A stretch of 64,000 bases of DNA from Actinomycetota bacterium (GTDB lineage Bacteria; Actinomycetota; Actinomycetes; S36-B12), in the NCBI GenBank assembly GCA_947449035.1, contig CANFQC010000007.1, positions 475-64,474 on the forward strand, written 5' to 3'. Shown piece after piece: positions 33,186 through 42,339 of this stretch. Both the position numbers and the translations under genes were made by a program. The stretch's first letter is position 1, and every line of letters starts with the position of its first letter. The notes beneath the pieces are model-generated. The model did not search any database. It was not told the DNA's origin and was given only the letters and a program-made list of their open reading frames with translations.

Positions 33186-35935
33186 GTGCATCATCGCCCG
33201 ATGTCACCGTCATCGTTGCCGTGCACAATGACGTGAACAGGCTGGCTCGGGCTCTGCGCTCGCTTTCACGCCAGACCCTCGCCTCAATTGAATTCGTCAT
33301 CGTTGATGATGCCTCCTCAGATGGTTCGTGTGAGCTCGCCCTTAGGGCAGCGGAGCAGGATCCACGCTTTCGCGTGTTCCGCCTGGATCGAAACTCAGGC
33401 AATTTCGCGGCCCCACGCAATCGTGGAATGGCGGAGGCCCGTGGCCGTTGGGTCATGTTCTGCGATAGCGACGACCAGCTCGAGATACATGCGGCGAAGA
33501 ACCTACTTCTGGCGGCGGAGCGCCGAGGAGCGGATCTCAGCGCTGGCGTGACCGAGCTTGTCGAAGATCGTTCGGGCAGGAGGCAGCGCGAGCTGGAATG
33601 GGCGTATGTTGCCGATGGAGCGGAGTCTGTGGGTGAGCAGCCTGCGTTGCTCACCGATGCCTCAACCCGAGGTCGGCTATATAGAAGTGAACGGCTTCTC
33701 CAATTGAAGTTGACCTTCGACACGCAGATGGTCGCATCGGATTTCCTCTTTGCCACCGCTGCCCTGCTGGGGGCTCAAGGCATTGCGACAGTGCCAGAGA
33801 CCGTGTACCTGCGTCAGGTCGAACGTCTAGGCGAGGAACTTACGAATGGTCGTAGGCGCTGGCTCATTCGTACCCTGAGCGACCGGATCGAGGCGAACCG
33901 TCGCATTGATGCACTGGTCGACGCTCAATCCGATGACCGCCTGAGGTACGCCGCGACACTGCGATTCCTGAATGAGGATCTTGCCGGCTATCTCGCTGTG
34001 ATTCTTGAATCCGAGGATTCTGTCGCGGCAACAGTGGCCGAACCGCTCCGTGAATACCTGCGCAGTCTGAATCTCGATGCCGCTGCCCAACTCGCGCCGC
34101 TGCTGCGTGTTGCGGTTTACCACTTACTCATTGATGATCTCGATGGTGTCCGACGAGCCATGAAATTCATTCGCTGGGCGGCGAGTGTCGATGGAACTGT
34201 GCATATGCGCGATGAGCGCGAGCTCTGGGTCTGCACTGCTGATCACCCGGTCGGTGAGGTGTCAGGGCATGACTCAGACTGGTGGCTGGACGTCAGCCTT
34301 CAAGGCCTGTCGCGCGTTCCTGTCACTCAGCGGCGCTACTGCCACCAGCTCACTTCTGTCGTCGATGACCGACTTCACGGCTCAAGCTCGGATTACCTCG
34401 ACTCGTTGTCGGACGTCATCGAAGCGCGGGCGGTTGTACTTGATGAGGGTCGAGTTGTCGCCACGGCGCCCGTTGAGTTCACGCAGGTAAGTCCGGTGCA
34501 CTGGGAATGGGTCACTACTGAGCGGCTCAGGCCAACACGTCGACTGCACCTGGGAGACAAGGGCTTCGTGGGGCTTGAACTCACTTTCGCCGGCCAGGTC
34601 AATACCTCTATCGTTCGCGCATCCGAGGTTCGTGCGGGTACAACGATGCCGATTCGGTTGTCGTTCTTGCGCAGGGAGGGTTTGCATCTGGAGTCGCGCA
34701 GTCAAGGAATCGTGGGCTGGCGTCTCATCCGGCGTTCGGCACTCGGCCTTTCACTTGCAGGAGTGCGTCGAGGCTGGTTCGCGATTCCGGGTACTCGTGC
34801 CCTCGCCACACGATGGCGAGGACTTATGCATGTCAGCCTGCCGAAGGTGGCTCGCAGGCTTGGTGACAATGTGCCCGACCGCACGGCATTCGTGTTCTCG
34901 AGCGATCATGGCCGCCACGTCACCGGTCATCCGCGGGCTCTGGCTGAGTACGTGCATTCAACAGAGCCGAAGGCGAGGCTCCGCTGGCTAGGTTCCCCGA
35001 GCGCGATTGATGGTCTCGACTGGTTTACGCACGTGGATCCGAGCACGATTCGTGGAGCCTGGCGTATTGCGAGGGCTCGATATTGGATCGATGACTTTGG
35101 TATCGAGACAACCGTGCGCAAGAGTCGGCATACGCGCTATCTGCAGGCCTGGCACGGCATGGCTGTGAAGCGGGTTGGTTCGGATGCCCCTGACTGGCCG
35201 TTGATCTCGCCTCGACTGCACATGCCGCGGCCGGCGAATCGGGAGCGCTGGGATGCTCTTCTCGCTCCGTCGGAGTTCTTTGCGCAGACGACGGCGCGGG
35301 CGATCGGATTCACGGGTCCACTTGTAGAGAGCTGCTCGCCCTTCGGGGATGCTGTCTTGCGCGTCACCCCTGATCAGCGGGAGGTTCTGGATCTTCCGAC
35401 CGATCGTCCGGTCGTGCTCTACGCACCGACTTCGCATTCCTCATCGGATTCACGCCTTGATCTCGAGGCCTGGTGGGAGGAGTTCGGCAACTCTGTGTAC
35501 CTGTTAGTGCGCTCTCACCCGAATGAACCGCTGATCGTTCCCGCCCGTTGGGCTAACGGAATCCGCGATATCTCGTCGCAAGGCAACTTCGCCTCGTACC
35601 TCGGTGCCGCTGATGCGCTACTGACCGACTACTCGTCCGTCGTTTTCGACTTTGCTCGGCTCGGTCGACCGATCGGGTTCTACGTGCCCGATTACGAGCG
35701 CTTCACCAGGCGTTCCGTAGGGCTGTACCTCGACCTCGCCACGAGTGGTCCCGGTCCGCTGCTTCGACATCGTGATGAGCTCACCACTTGGGTGACGGCG
35801 CTGATCGAGGCCACCCCGGTGGGCGGCTTTGATACCGATCCATCGGGACACCGTGATTTTGTCTCGATGTTCGCGGGTGAACTCGACGGCACCAGCGCTG
35901 AGCGCGCGGTAGCGATGCTTCGGGGGATGTCATGA
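33182..35935 (+). CDS. Bifunctional glycosyltransferase family 2 / CDP-glycerol (TagF-like) glycerophosphotransferase, 917 aa
   Basis: N-terminus: VTVIVAVHNDVNRLARALRSLSRQT...VIVDDASSDGS...DSDD (GT2). C-terminus: YLQAWHGMAVKRVG...YAPT...LLTDYSSVVFDFARLGRPIGFYVPDYERF (Glyphos_transf). Confidence 0.8.
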   Translation: MSASSPDVTVIVAVHNDVNRLARALRSLSRQTLASIEFVIVDDASSDGSCELALRAAEQDPRFRVFRLDRNSGNFAAPRNRGMAEARGRWVMFCDSDDQLEIHAAKNLLLAAERRGADLSAGVTELVEDRSGRRQRELEWAYVADGAESVGEQPALLTDASTRGRLYRSERLLQLKLTFDTQMVASDFLFATAALLGAQGIATVPETVYLRQVERLGEELTNGRRRWLIRTLSDRIEANRRIDALVDAQSDDRLRYAATLRFLNEDLAGYLAVILESEDSVAATVAEPLREYLRSLNLDAAAQLAPLLRVAVYHLLIDDLDGVRRAMKFIRWAASVDGTVHMRDERELWVCTADHPVGEVSGHDSDWWLDVSLQGLSRVPVTQRRYCHQLTSVVDDRLHGSSSDYLDSLSDVIEARAVVLDEGRVVATAPVEFTQVSPVHWEWVTTERLRPTRRLHLGDKGFVGLELTFAGQVNTSIVRASEVRAGTTMPIRLSFLRREGLHLESRSQGIVGWRLIRRSALGLSLAGVRRGWFAIPGTRALATRWRGLMHVSLPKVARRLGDNVPDRTAFVFSSDHGRHVTGHPRALAEYVHSTEPKARLRWLGSPSAIDGLDWFTHVDPSTIRGAWRIARARYWIDDFGIETTVRKSRHTRYLQAWHGMAVKRVGSDAPDWPLISPRLHMPRPANRERWDALLAPSEFFAQTTARAIGFTGPLVESCSPFGDAVLRVTPDQREVLDLPTDRPVVLYAPTSHSSSDSRLDLEAWWEEFGNSVYLLVRSHPNEPLIVPARWANGIRDISSQGNFASYLGAADALLTDYSSVVFDFARLGRPIGFYVPDYERFTRRSVGLYLDLATSGPGPLLRHRDELTTWVTALIEATPVGGFDTDPSGHRDFVSMFAGELDGTSAERAVAMLRGMS

Positions 35936-37029
35936 CCATGCGAATCGTCATCCTTGGCAATGACATTGACGGTGTCGGAGGTGCCCAGCGCGTCGCGCAC
36001 TCCTTGGCTCAAGGCTTCGCGCTGAGGGGGTATGACGTTGACCTTGCCGGCATCGTGCCCTTCGAGCCCCGTCACGAATTCGTGTCGGAGCCGGCCTACC
36101 GAACCCGCGTTCTCGGTGATCGTCCGCAGCCGGTTCGCGAGGATGAAGTTGGGCGCGAGCGACTTCGCGAACTGTGCTGCTCGCGGCTTCAGGAACTTCT
36201 TCGCGAGGGTCCTCCTGGGATCATCATCACCACGCAGGTCTGGGCGATGGAACATCTTGCCGACGTCGACCATCGTGGCTGGCGAGTGATCGGTCAGTAC
36301 CACTCCTCCTTCGAGGCAGCGGCGAACGGCCCTGAGCTTGAACGACTGACGCGGGCGTATGCCGAGATTGATGCTTTCGCATTGTTGACCGATGAGGATG
36401 CTCGTGAATTTCAGCGGACAGGGCTCAACAACACCTGCTCTATCCCAAATGCTGTGAGTTTCTTCCCCGACCGTCCGGCTCCGTTGACCACCCACATGCT
36501 CACCTACCTCGGTCGACTCTCGGTCGAGAAAGGCCCGCAGTTCTTGGTCGAGGCATGGGGACGCATTGCGGCGTCACATCCCGAGTGGACCCTTCGATTT
36601 GTCGGTGATGGTCCGGACGAGCCAGTGGTGCGCGCAATGGTCGACCGACTGCCGGAGGGTGCTGAGCGCATTAGCTTCCATGCTCCCGTCTCGGATCCCG
36701 AGCGGGTGTTGCTCGACAGTGATCTCGTTGTGCTTCCGTCTCTGGTTGAGGGCTTCCCGCTAGTGCTTGCCGAGGCAATGGCGTGCGGTGTGCCCGTGGT
36801 TGCCACGGATTGCTCGGCAGGAGTTCGCGCGCTTCTTCACGATGGCATCACCGGGCTGCTTGCGGCTCGCGGTGACGCCGGGTCGCTGAGCCGGGCATTG
36901 AGTGCGGCGATGGAATCGCGCGATCTTCGAGTCAAGCTCGGATCCGGCGGGCGCCTGGCTGCCCGAGAACTATTGCCAGATCAGGTGCTCAATCGCTGGG
37001 AAGAACTGTTCCGCGACGTTCTTCGTTAA
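35932..37029 (+). CDS. Glycosyltransferase family 4 (GT-B, retaining type)
   Basis: GGAQRV near the N-terminus, YLGRLSVEKG and the PSLVEGFPLVLAEAMACGVPVVATD EX7E region. The ATG overlaps the upstream stop (ATGA). Confidence 0.85.
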   Translation: MTMRIVILGNDIDGVGGAQRVAHSLAQGFALRGYDVDLAGIVPFEPRHEFVSEPAYRTRVLGDRPQPVREDEVGRERLRELCCSRLQELLREGPPGIIITTQVWAMEHLADVDHRGWRVIGQYHSSFEAAANGPELERLTRAYAEIDAFALLTDEDAREFQRTGLNNTCSIPNAVSFFPDRPAPLTTHMLTYLGRLSVEKGPQFLVEAWGRIAASHPEWTLRFVGDGPDEPVVRAMVDRLPEGAERISFHAPVSDPERVLLDSDLVVLPSLVEGFPLVLAEAMACGVPVVATDCSAGVRALLHDGITGLLAARGDAGSLSRALSAAMESRDLRVKLGSGGRLAARELLPDQVLNRWEELFRDVLR

Positions 37030-37030
37030 G

Positions 37031-37112
37031 TACGGGAGAAGGGACTTGAACCCTCACGTCCGAAGACACAGGAACCTAAATCCTGCGTGTCTGCCAATTC
37101 CACCACTCCCGT
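37031..37112 (-). tRNA. tRNA-Leu (anticodon UAG), class II with a long variable arm
   Basis: Hand-folded cloverleaf: acceptor ACGGGAG/CTCCCGT, anticodon stem CAGGA/TCCTG with loop TTTAGGT, variable stem GTC-TTCG-GAC, and T-loop TTCAAGT. Confidence 0.85.
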
Positions 37113-37148
37113 GTGATGGCAGAAGTCTACGACAAGACGGTGGGTTGG

Positions 37149-37610
37149 CTAGATCTCCAGGTCGCGCATGAGCTTGGCGACGTGCCCGGTGGCCTTGACG
37201 TTATAGAAGGCGTGCTCGATCTTTCCCCTGGCATCAATGACAAAAGTCGAGCGGATCACGCCGGTGACGGTCTTGCCGTACATCATTTTCTCGCCGAAGG
37301 CGCCATAGGAGGCGAGTACCGACTTGTCGGGATCGCTGAGAAGAGTGAAGGTCAGGTCGTCGTGCTCGCGGAACTTCGCGAGCTTCTCCGGCTTGTCGGG
37401 AGAGATGCCGATGATCACGAGATCGTGCTTCGAGAAGGCCTTCAGGTTGTCGCGAAAGTCGCAGGCCTGCTTGGTGCAGCCGGGGGTCATGGCTGCCGGG
37501 TAGGCGTAGAGCAGCACGCTCTTGCCCTTGAAGTCAGAGAGCTTGACGGTCTTTCCCGTGTCGTCGAGGAGTGCGAAGGCAGGAGCCTTATCGCCGGGTT
37601 CGAGTCTCAT
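37149..37610 (-). CDS. bcp: Thioredoxin-dependent peroxiredoxin Bcp
   Basis: YAYPAAMTPGCTKQACDF active-site pattern, 153 aa. Confidence 0.9.
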   Translation of the reverse strand: MRLEPGDKAPAFALLDDTGKTVKLSDFKGKSVLLYAYPAAMTPGCTKQACDFRDNLKAFSKHDLVIIGISPDKPEKLAKFREHDDLTFTLLSDPDKSVLASYGAFGEKMMYGKTVTGVIRSTFVIDARGKIEHAFYNVKATGHVAKLMRDLEI

Positions 37611-38491
37611 CTGGTCACCACCGGTGCTAGTTCGGCTACGTCATGATGCTTGTCGAGTCCGGCGGAGCGGCGCAGGCCGCGGCCGCCGGTGATCGCGAGA
37701 ACGATAACGAAGATCACTGCGCCGACGAGCACGATCATCGTGCCGGACGGTACCCCTGCGTAGTAGCTGGCGTACATGCCGACGAATCCGCAGAACATTC
37801 CGATGCCAGTGCTCCAGGCCAGCATCTTTCCGAAGGAGTCGGTGAGCATGCGTCCGATCACCGCGGGGATGACCAGCATTGCGGCGACCAGGGTCACACC
37901 GATGACCGTGAGCGTGGCCAGGATCGCGAGGGACAACACGATCATGAGCATGGCTTCAAGTCGCGCCACCCGAACACCAGAGACGTCGGCGACATCGGGA
38001 TCGAAGGTCGAGAAGATCAACGCGCGGTAGCGCAGGAACACGAACACGGCGGCCAGGATGCTGACGGCCACGAGCCCGATGATCTGCTGAACGCTGATGC
38101 CCAGGATGCTGCCGAAGAGGGCGTTCTCGAACGACGGGCCACTCGTGCCGAACTTGGCGAAAAGGGCGACACCGAGGGCAAATGATGCGGTCGTGATCAC
38201 GCCAATCGCAGCATCTGCTCCAACACGTCCGCGACGTGCCACCGTGGTGATCGCCAAGGCCGAAGCGATACCCCACAGCCCGGCTCCGAGCATGTAGAAC
38301 TGCGCCGCGAAGAGCTGCGAGGCAGCAAAGCCGCCGAAGATCGAATGCGAGAGCCCATGGCCGATGTAACTCATGCCACGCAGGACGATGAAGACACCGA
38401 TGAAGCCGAGAAGGGCGCCGGAAAGGGTCGCGACGATGAGGCCTTTGTTGAAGAAGGCGTAGGAGAGCGGTTCGAAGAGGGCATCCATCAC
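37607..38491 (-). CDS. Metal (Zn/Mn) ABC transporter permease
   Basis: ABC-3 family pattern, about 8 TM segments, translationally coupled to the ATPase. Confidence 0.88.
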   Translation of the reverse strand: MMDALFEPLSYAFFNKGLIVATLSGALLGFIGVFIVLRGMSYIGHGLSHSIFGGFAASQLFAAQFYMLGAGLWGIASALAITTVARRGRVGADAAIGVITTASFALGVALFAKFGTSGPSFENALFGSILGISVQQIIGLVAVSILAAVFVFLRYRALIFSTFDPDVADVSGVRVARLEAMLMIVLSLAILATLTVIGVTLVAAMLVIPAVIGRMLTDSFGKMLAWSTGIGMFCGFVGMYASYYAGVPSGTMIVLVGAVIFVIVLAITGGRGLRRSAGLDKHHDVAELAPVVTR

Positions 38492-39267
38492 ATGGCCTTC
38501 GATCGAACCTCGGGGGCACCATCAACGACAACCAGCATGCCGAGGTGCTCGAGAACCTCCATGCGCGCGCCGAAGGTCTCTTCGAGGACAGTCGGCGTGA
38601 TGACCTCGGCGGGGGAGCCATCAGCGACAATGCGCTTGTTCACGCAGACCAGGTGCGGCAGGTGTGCGGCCATTCCATTGAGGTCATGAGTCGTCAGCAC
38701 GATAGCCACGCCATCCTCGTGAAGATCACCGAGAAGATGAAGGATGTCGTGGCGGGTGGACACGTCGACACCGCTCGTCGGCTCGTCGAGCAGTAGAAGT
38801 TGCGGCTCGCGCAAGAGTGCGCGAGCTAAGAACATGCGCTGCTGCTGGCCGCCGGAGAGCTCGCGAATGTGACGCTGCGACAGGTCGGCGATGCCGAGGC
38901 GATCGAGGACGCTCATGACGCGGGCGCGCTCGGTGGTGCTTGCCCAGGGAAGTCTGCGGCCCTGCGTACGTGACATCAGGACGCATTCGAAGACGGTGAT
39001 GGGGAAGTTCCAGTCGACAGTCTCGAGCTGGGGCACGTAAGCGACACGCAGATCAGGCTCGGTCGTCAAGGTGCCCGCGACCGGCTTCAGTGTGCCGAGC
39101 AGCAAGCGCAGCAGTGTGGTCTTGCCTGCGCCGGAAGGACCGACGATGCCGGTGAACTGATCCTCATGCACGTGAAAGTCGACGTGATCGAGGACGATCT
39201 GCTTGTCGTAGCGAGCTGACACGTGATCGAGGCGAACGAGAATTTCACCAACACCGGTTCCGGTCAT
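38488..39267 (-). CDS. Metal ABC transporter ATP-binding protein
   Basis: Walker A GPSGAGKTT, signature LSGGQQQR and Walker B LLLLDEP. Confidence 0.9.
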   Translation of the reverse strand: MTGTGVGEILVRLDHVSARYDKQIVLDHVDFHVHEDQFTGIVGPSGAGKTTLLRLLLGTLKPVAGTLTTEPDLRVAYVPQLETVDWNFPITVFECVLMSRTQGRRLPWASTTERARVMSVLDRLGIADLSQRHIRELSGGQQQRMFLARALLREPQLLLLDEPTSGVDVSTRHDILHLLGDLHEDGVAIVLTTHDLNGMAAHLPHLVCVNKRIVADGSPAEVITPTVLEETFGARMEVLEHLGMLVVVDGAPEVRSKAM

Positions 39268-40262
39268 TGCGGGTACACCGCCGAGTCCTTGACCTTGGGA
39301 GTGATGTCAACGGCATCGAGATTCGTGGTGGTTCCGCCGAGTGCCCTGATCATGGTGGTGTAGTCGTACTTCATCAGGCCAAGCCAGGAATGGTCTGCCT
39401 CGCCAGGTGCGCCGGGCAGATCATCATCGCGGAGCGAATCCTCATACTTCGCGCCCGTTGCGCTGCCGATTTCCTCGAGCACCTTCGACGGGAAGACTTC
39501 GGAACCAAAGATCACCGGCACCTGCTGCGCCTTGACCTGATCGATGAGTGCAGCAACCTCTGATGGGCTGGGATCCTCGAAGTTCTTCGGCTGCAATGCG
39601 CCGATGATCTGCCAGCCAAAGTCCTTCGCGAAGTAGGCGTAGGCATCGTGGTACGTGAGCAGTTTCAGTGCGCCATTAGGCACGGTGGCCTGATCGGCGC
39701 GCAGTGCATTCGCGAGCGCGGTTGCCTGAGCGGCAAAGGCGTCGAAGTTCGCCGCAAAGTAGGCAGCGTTGGTTGGATCCTTCTTCGAGAGTTCGTCGCG
39801 GATGACCGCGGCGTACTTGATCGCGTACAGCGGGTCAGTCCACAGATGGGGGTTCGGCTTGCCTTCTTCCTTGGGGAAGGAGAAGTCATAGATGTAATCG
39901 GATTCAGGAATCACGGTCGTGCCGATCTCGACGAGATCGGCGCCAGACTTCATATTCGCTTTCGCGAGCTCGGCGGTGGGGTCTTCAAGCTTGAGTCCGT
40001 TGATGAACACGATGTCGGCGTCACTGAGCAGCTTGGCTACCGAAGGCTCGGGTTCGAAGGTGTGACTGTTGGTGCCCTCGGGGACGATGCCCTCGACTCG
40101 CACCTTGTCGCCGGCAATAGCGGCGGCGATTGAGGTGATGGGGGAGACCGTGGTGGCCACGAGGAGGCCGGATGCACTGGCATCTGAGGAACCCGAGGAG
40201 GCGCAGGCGCCCAGGATCAACGGAAGCGCGGCGAAAGCCGTGAGGGCAGGGCGAAGGCGCAC
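39264..40262 (-). CDS. Metal ABC transporter substrate-binding lipoprotein (ZnuA/TroA family)
   Basis: Lipobox LILGAC, and the TroA-like pattern NSHTFEP...NGLKLE...NPHLWTDP...HDAYAYF. Confidence 0.88.
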   Translation of the reverse strand: MRLRPALTAFAALPLILGACASSGSSDASASGLLVATTVSPITSIAAAIAGDKVRVEGIVPEGTNSHTFEPEPSVAKLLSDADIVFINGLKLEDPTAELAKANMKSGADLVEIGTTVIPESDYIYDFSFPKEEGKPNPHLWTDPLYAIKYAAVIRDELSKKDPTNAAYFAANFDAFAAQATALANALRADQATVPNGALKLLTYHDAYAYFAKDFGWQIIGALQPKNFEDPSPSEVAALIDQVKAQQVPVIFGSEVFPSKVLEEIGSATGAKYEDSLRDDDLPGAPGEADHSWLGLMKYDYTTMIRALGGTTTNLDAVDITPKVKDSAVYPQ

Positions 40263-40362
40263 GCGGGGATCCTAAGTGAGGTCTGGACTACTTGCAAAGC
40301 ATATGCAATAAGCCCGAATCCCGCAGAATCGAGGGGTCTTCCTCGTGCCGTAGGCTGAGGCC

Positions 40363-40602
40363 GTGACTGATCCCAGCCTTGTCGACCTCCAAGCCGAGCT
40401 CGCCGCTGCCCGCGAGGAGCTCGCGGCCAGCATTGCCGAACTCAAGGCTCAGGCGGCGCCGGCGGCGATTGCCGAGCGCGGCAAGCAAGCAGTCACCGGT
40501 TTCTTCACCACCGCTGAAGGCGGCGTGAACGTCAAGCGCGTAGCGATTGTCGGCGGCATCGTGGTCGGCATCGTGGCAATCAAGCTGCTGCGTCGCCGCT
40601 AA
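40363..40602 (+). CDS. Small DUF3618-like protein with a C-terminal TM anchor
   Basis: 79 aa with an Ala/Glu-rich helix followed by a VAIVGGIVVGIVAIKLL anchor. Weak family call. GTG start. Confidence 0.5.
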   Translation: MTDPSLVDLQAELAAAREELAASIAELKAQAAPAAIAERGKQAVTGFFTTAEGGVNVKRVAIVGGIVVGIVAIKLLRRR

Positions 40603-40662
40603 CGCGGGGGCGATTTGATGCGGCGGGGAGCCGCACGTTATGTTTTACCCACAACTGAATAC

Positions 40663-40794
40663 CTCATCAAGAGGGGCAGAGGGAAACGGCCCAATGAAGC
40701 CCCGGCAACCTACCCAGCATTATTCGACGAGATTCCATCTCCGAGGCCGCTGGATTTCGGTGCCAACTCCGACCTGACAACCAGGACAGATGAG
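40663..40794 (+). promoter_or_regulatory. SAM-I (S-box) riboswitch
   Basis: CTCATCAAGAGGGGCAGAGGGAAACGGCCCAATGAAGCCCCGGCAACC ... GGTGCCAACTCCGACC ... AGATGAG matches the SAM-I consensus core element by element, with P1 formed by CTCATC/GATGAG. A GAGAGAGG Shine-Dalgarno sequence and ATG 40814 follow directly. Confidence 0.85.
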
Positions 40795-40813
40795 CAAAGA
40801 GAGAGGCCTCGTC

Positions 40814-42064
40814 ATGACTGTCACTGCATCACCTGCCATCGGCTCCGCTGTCGCGCTCAAGTGCCGCGAATGCGGAACCCGTTACCCGCTCGATGCGAGC
40901 TATGCCTGTTACGAGTGCTTCGGTCCCCTCGAGGTGGCCTATGAGCTCGGCAATGTCACTCGCGAGCAGATCGAGAGCGGCCCGAACTCCATGTGGCGTT
41001 ACGAGGCGCTGCTGCCGGTAGTGCCCGGCGCTGATGCGCGCCCTGGGCTGCAGGCCGGATTCACCAAGCTGGTGCGCGCCGACAACCTGGCACGCGAACT
41101 CGGCGTGAAGTCACTGTGGATCAAGGACGACTCGGGCAACCCGACCCACTCGTTCAAGGATCGCGTGGTTGCTGTCGCGCTGGAGAACGGTCGCCGACTC
41201 GGCTTCGAGACCATCGCCTGCGCCTCGACCGGCAACCTCGCCAACGCCGTCGCTGCCGCCGGTGCCCGGGCCGGCCTGAAGTCGGTCGTCTTCGTTCCGT
41301 CGAATCTCGAAGCGGGCAAGATCGTCACCACGGCGGTCTATGGCGGAACCCTCGTCGCGATTGACGGAAACTACGACGACGTCAATCGCCTGTGCACTGA
41401 GGTTGCTGCCTCGCGCGACTGGGGATTCGTCAACGTCAACCTTCGCCCGTACTACGCCGAGGGCAGCAAGACCGTCGGCTACGAGGTTGCCGAGCAGCTC
41501 GGCTGGCGTCTTCCCGACGCTGTCGTATCGCCGGTGGCCTCCGGCTCCCTGCTTACCAAGGTCGACAAGGCCTTCCGTGAGTTCATCGATCTCGGCTTGG
41601 TCGCCGATCACCCCTACGCAATCTACGGAGCGCAGGCCACCGGGTGCTCGCCCGTCTCGCAGGCTTTCAACTCCGGCCAGGACGTCATTCGCCCCGTGAA
41701 GCCCGACACCATCGCGAAGTCACTGGCGATCGGAAACCCGGCTGACGGCCCGTACGCACTCGATGTCGTGCGCCGCACCAATGGTGCGATCGGTGACGTC
41801 ACTGACGAAGAGGTCGTCGAGGGCATCAAGCTGCTCGCGCGCACCGAGGGCATCTTCGCCGAGACCGCTGGTGGCGTCGTGGTCGCGACCTACCGAAAGC
41901 TTCTGCGCGAGGGTCGTATAGATCCGTCCGCGGAGACCGTACTTCTCAACACCGGCGATGGTCTGAAGACCCTCGATGCTGTTGAGGCAACTTCCAAGCC
42001 CACCATGGTCATCAGCCCGTCGTACGACGAGTTTGAGGCCGAATACTCGAAGGTCGTGTCATGA
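40814..42064 (+). CDS. Threonine-synthase-fold PLP enzyme with an N-terminal Cys4 zinc ribbon. Candidate homocysteine synthase using a sulfur-carrier protein (MetM-like)
   Basis: CRECG...CYEC ribbon, PLP-lysine motif PTHSFKDR, and ASTGNLANAVAA. ATG 40814 was preferred over 40790, which lies inside riboswitch stem P1. Confidence 0.82.
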   Translation: MTVTASPAIGSAVALKCRECGTRYPLDASYACYECFGPLEVAYELGNVTREQIESGPNSMWRYEALLPVVPGADARPGLQAGFTKLVRADNLARELGVKSLWIKDDSGNPTHSFKDRVVAVALENGRRLGFETIACASTGNLANAVAAAGARAGLKSVVFVPSNLEAGKIVTTAVYGGTLVAIDGNYDDVNRLCTEVAASRDWGFVNVNLRPYYAEGSKTVGYEVAEQLGWRLPDAVVSPVASGSLLTKVDKAFREFIDLGLVADHPYAIYGAQATGCSPVSQAFNSGQDVIRPVKPDTIAKSLAIGNPADGPYALDVVRRTNGAIGDVTDEEVVEGIKLLARTEGIFAETAGGVVVATYRKLLREGRIDPSAETVLLNTGDGLKTLDAVEATSKPTMVISPSYDEFEAEYSKVVS

Positions 42065-42336
42065 GTGCATCAGTCCGTATCCCCACAATCCTTCGCACCT
42101 ACACCGGTGGCGCCGCTGAGGTCACTGCCGATGGCGCAACCTTGCAGGACGTTCTTGACAGCCTTGATGCGCAGTACGCCGGCATCGCGGCGCGCGTGCT
42201 CGACGACAACGGTGCACTTCGCCGCTTCGTCAACGTGTACGTGAATGACGACGATGTCCGCTTCCTCGAGGGTCTGGCCACGCCGATCGCCGATGGCGCG
42301 AGCATTTCGATTATTCCCGCAGTCGCCGGAGGCTGA
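42061..42336 (+). CDS. ThiS/MoaD-family sulfur-carrier protein ending in Gly-Gly (CysO/MetO-like)
   Basis: 91 aa with beta-grasp family features (VRIPTILRTYTGG...VNVYVNDDDVR...ISIIPAVAGG-stop). Its ATG overlaps the upstream stop (ATGA). Confidence 0.8.
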   Translation: MSASVRIPTILRTYTGGAAEVTADGATLQDVLDSLDAQYAGIAARVLDDNGALRRFVNVYVNDDDVRFLEGLATPIADGASISIIPAVAGG

Positions 42337-42339
42337 TTC

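Noticed and set aside
35692-36495. A 267-aa minus-strand ORF spanning the junction of the TagF-like and GT4 genes.
   Set aside because: Both plus-strand genes have clear family motifs and are translationally coupled. The minus-strand product is Arg/Gly/Ser-rich with no signature.
37031-37112. tRNA-Leu immediately after the glycosyltransferase operon, considered as a possible genomic-island integration site.
   Set aside because: There is no integrase and no partial tRNA direct repeat. I saw no GC shift on either side. The flanking genes (bcp, metal ABC importer) are ordinary chromosomal genes.
40615-40944. A 109-aa plus-strand ORF covering the region upstream of the ThrC-like gene, and the alternative ThrC-like start at 40790.
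   Set aside because: The region folds as a SAM-I riboswitch. ATG 40790 lies inside stem P1, whereas ATG 40814 is preceded by a GAGAGAGG ribosome-binding site.
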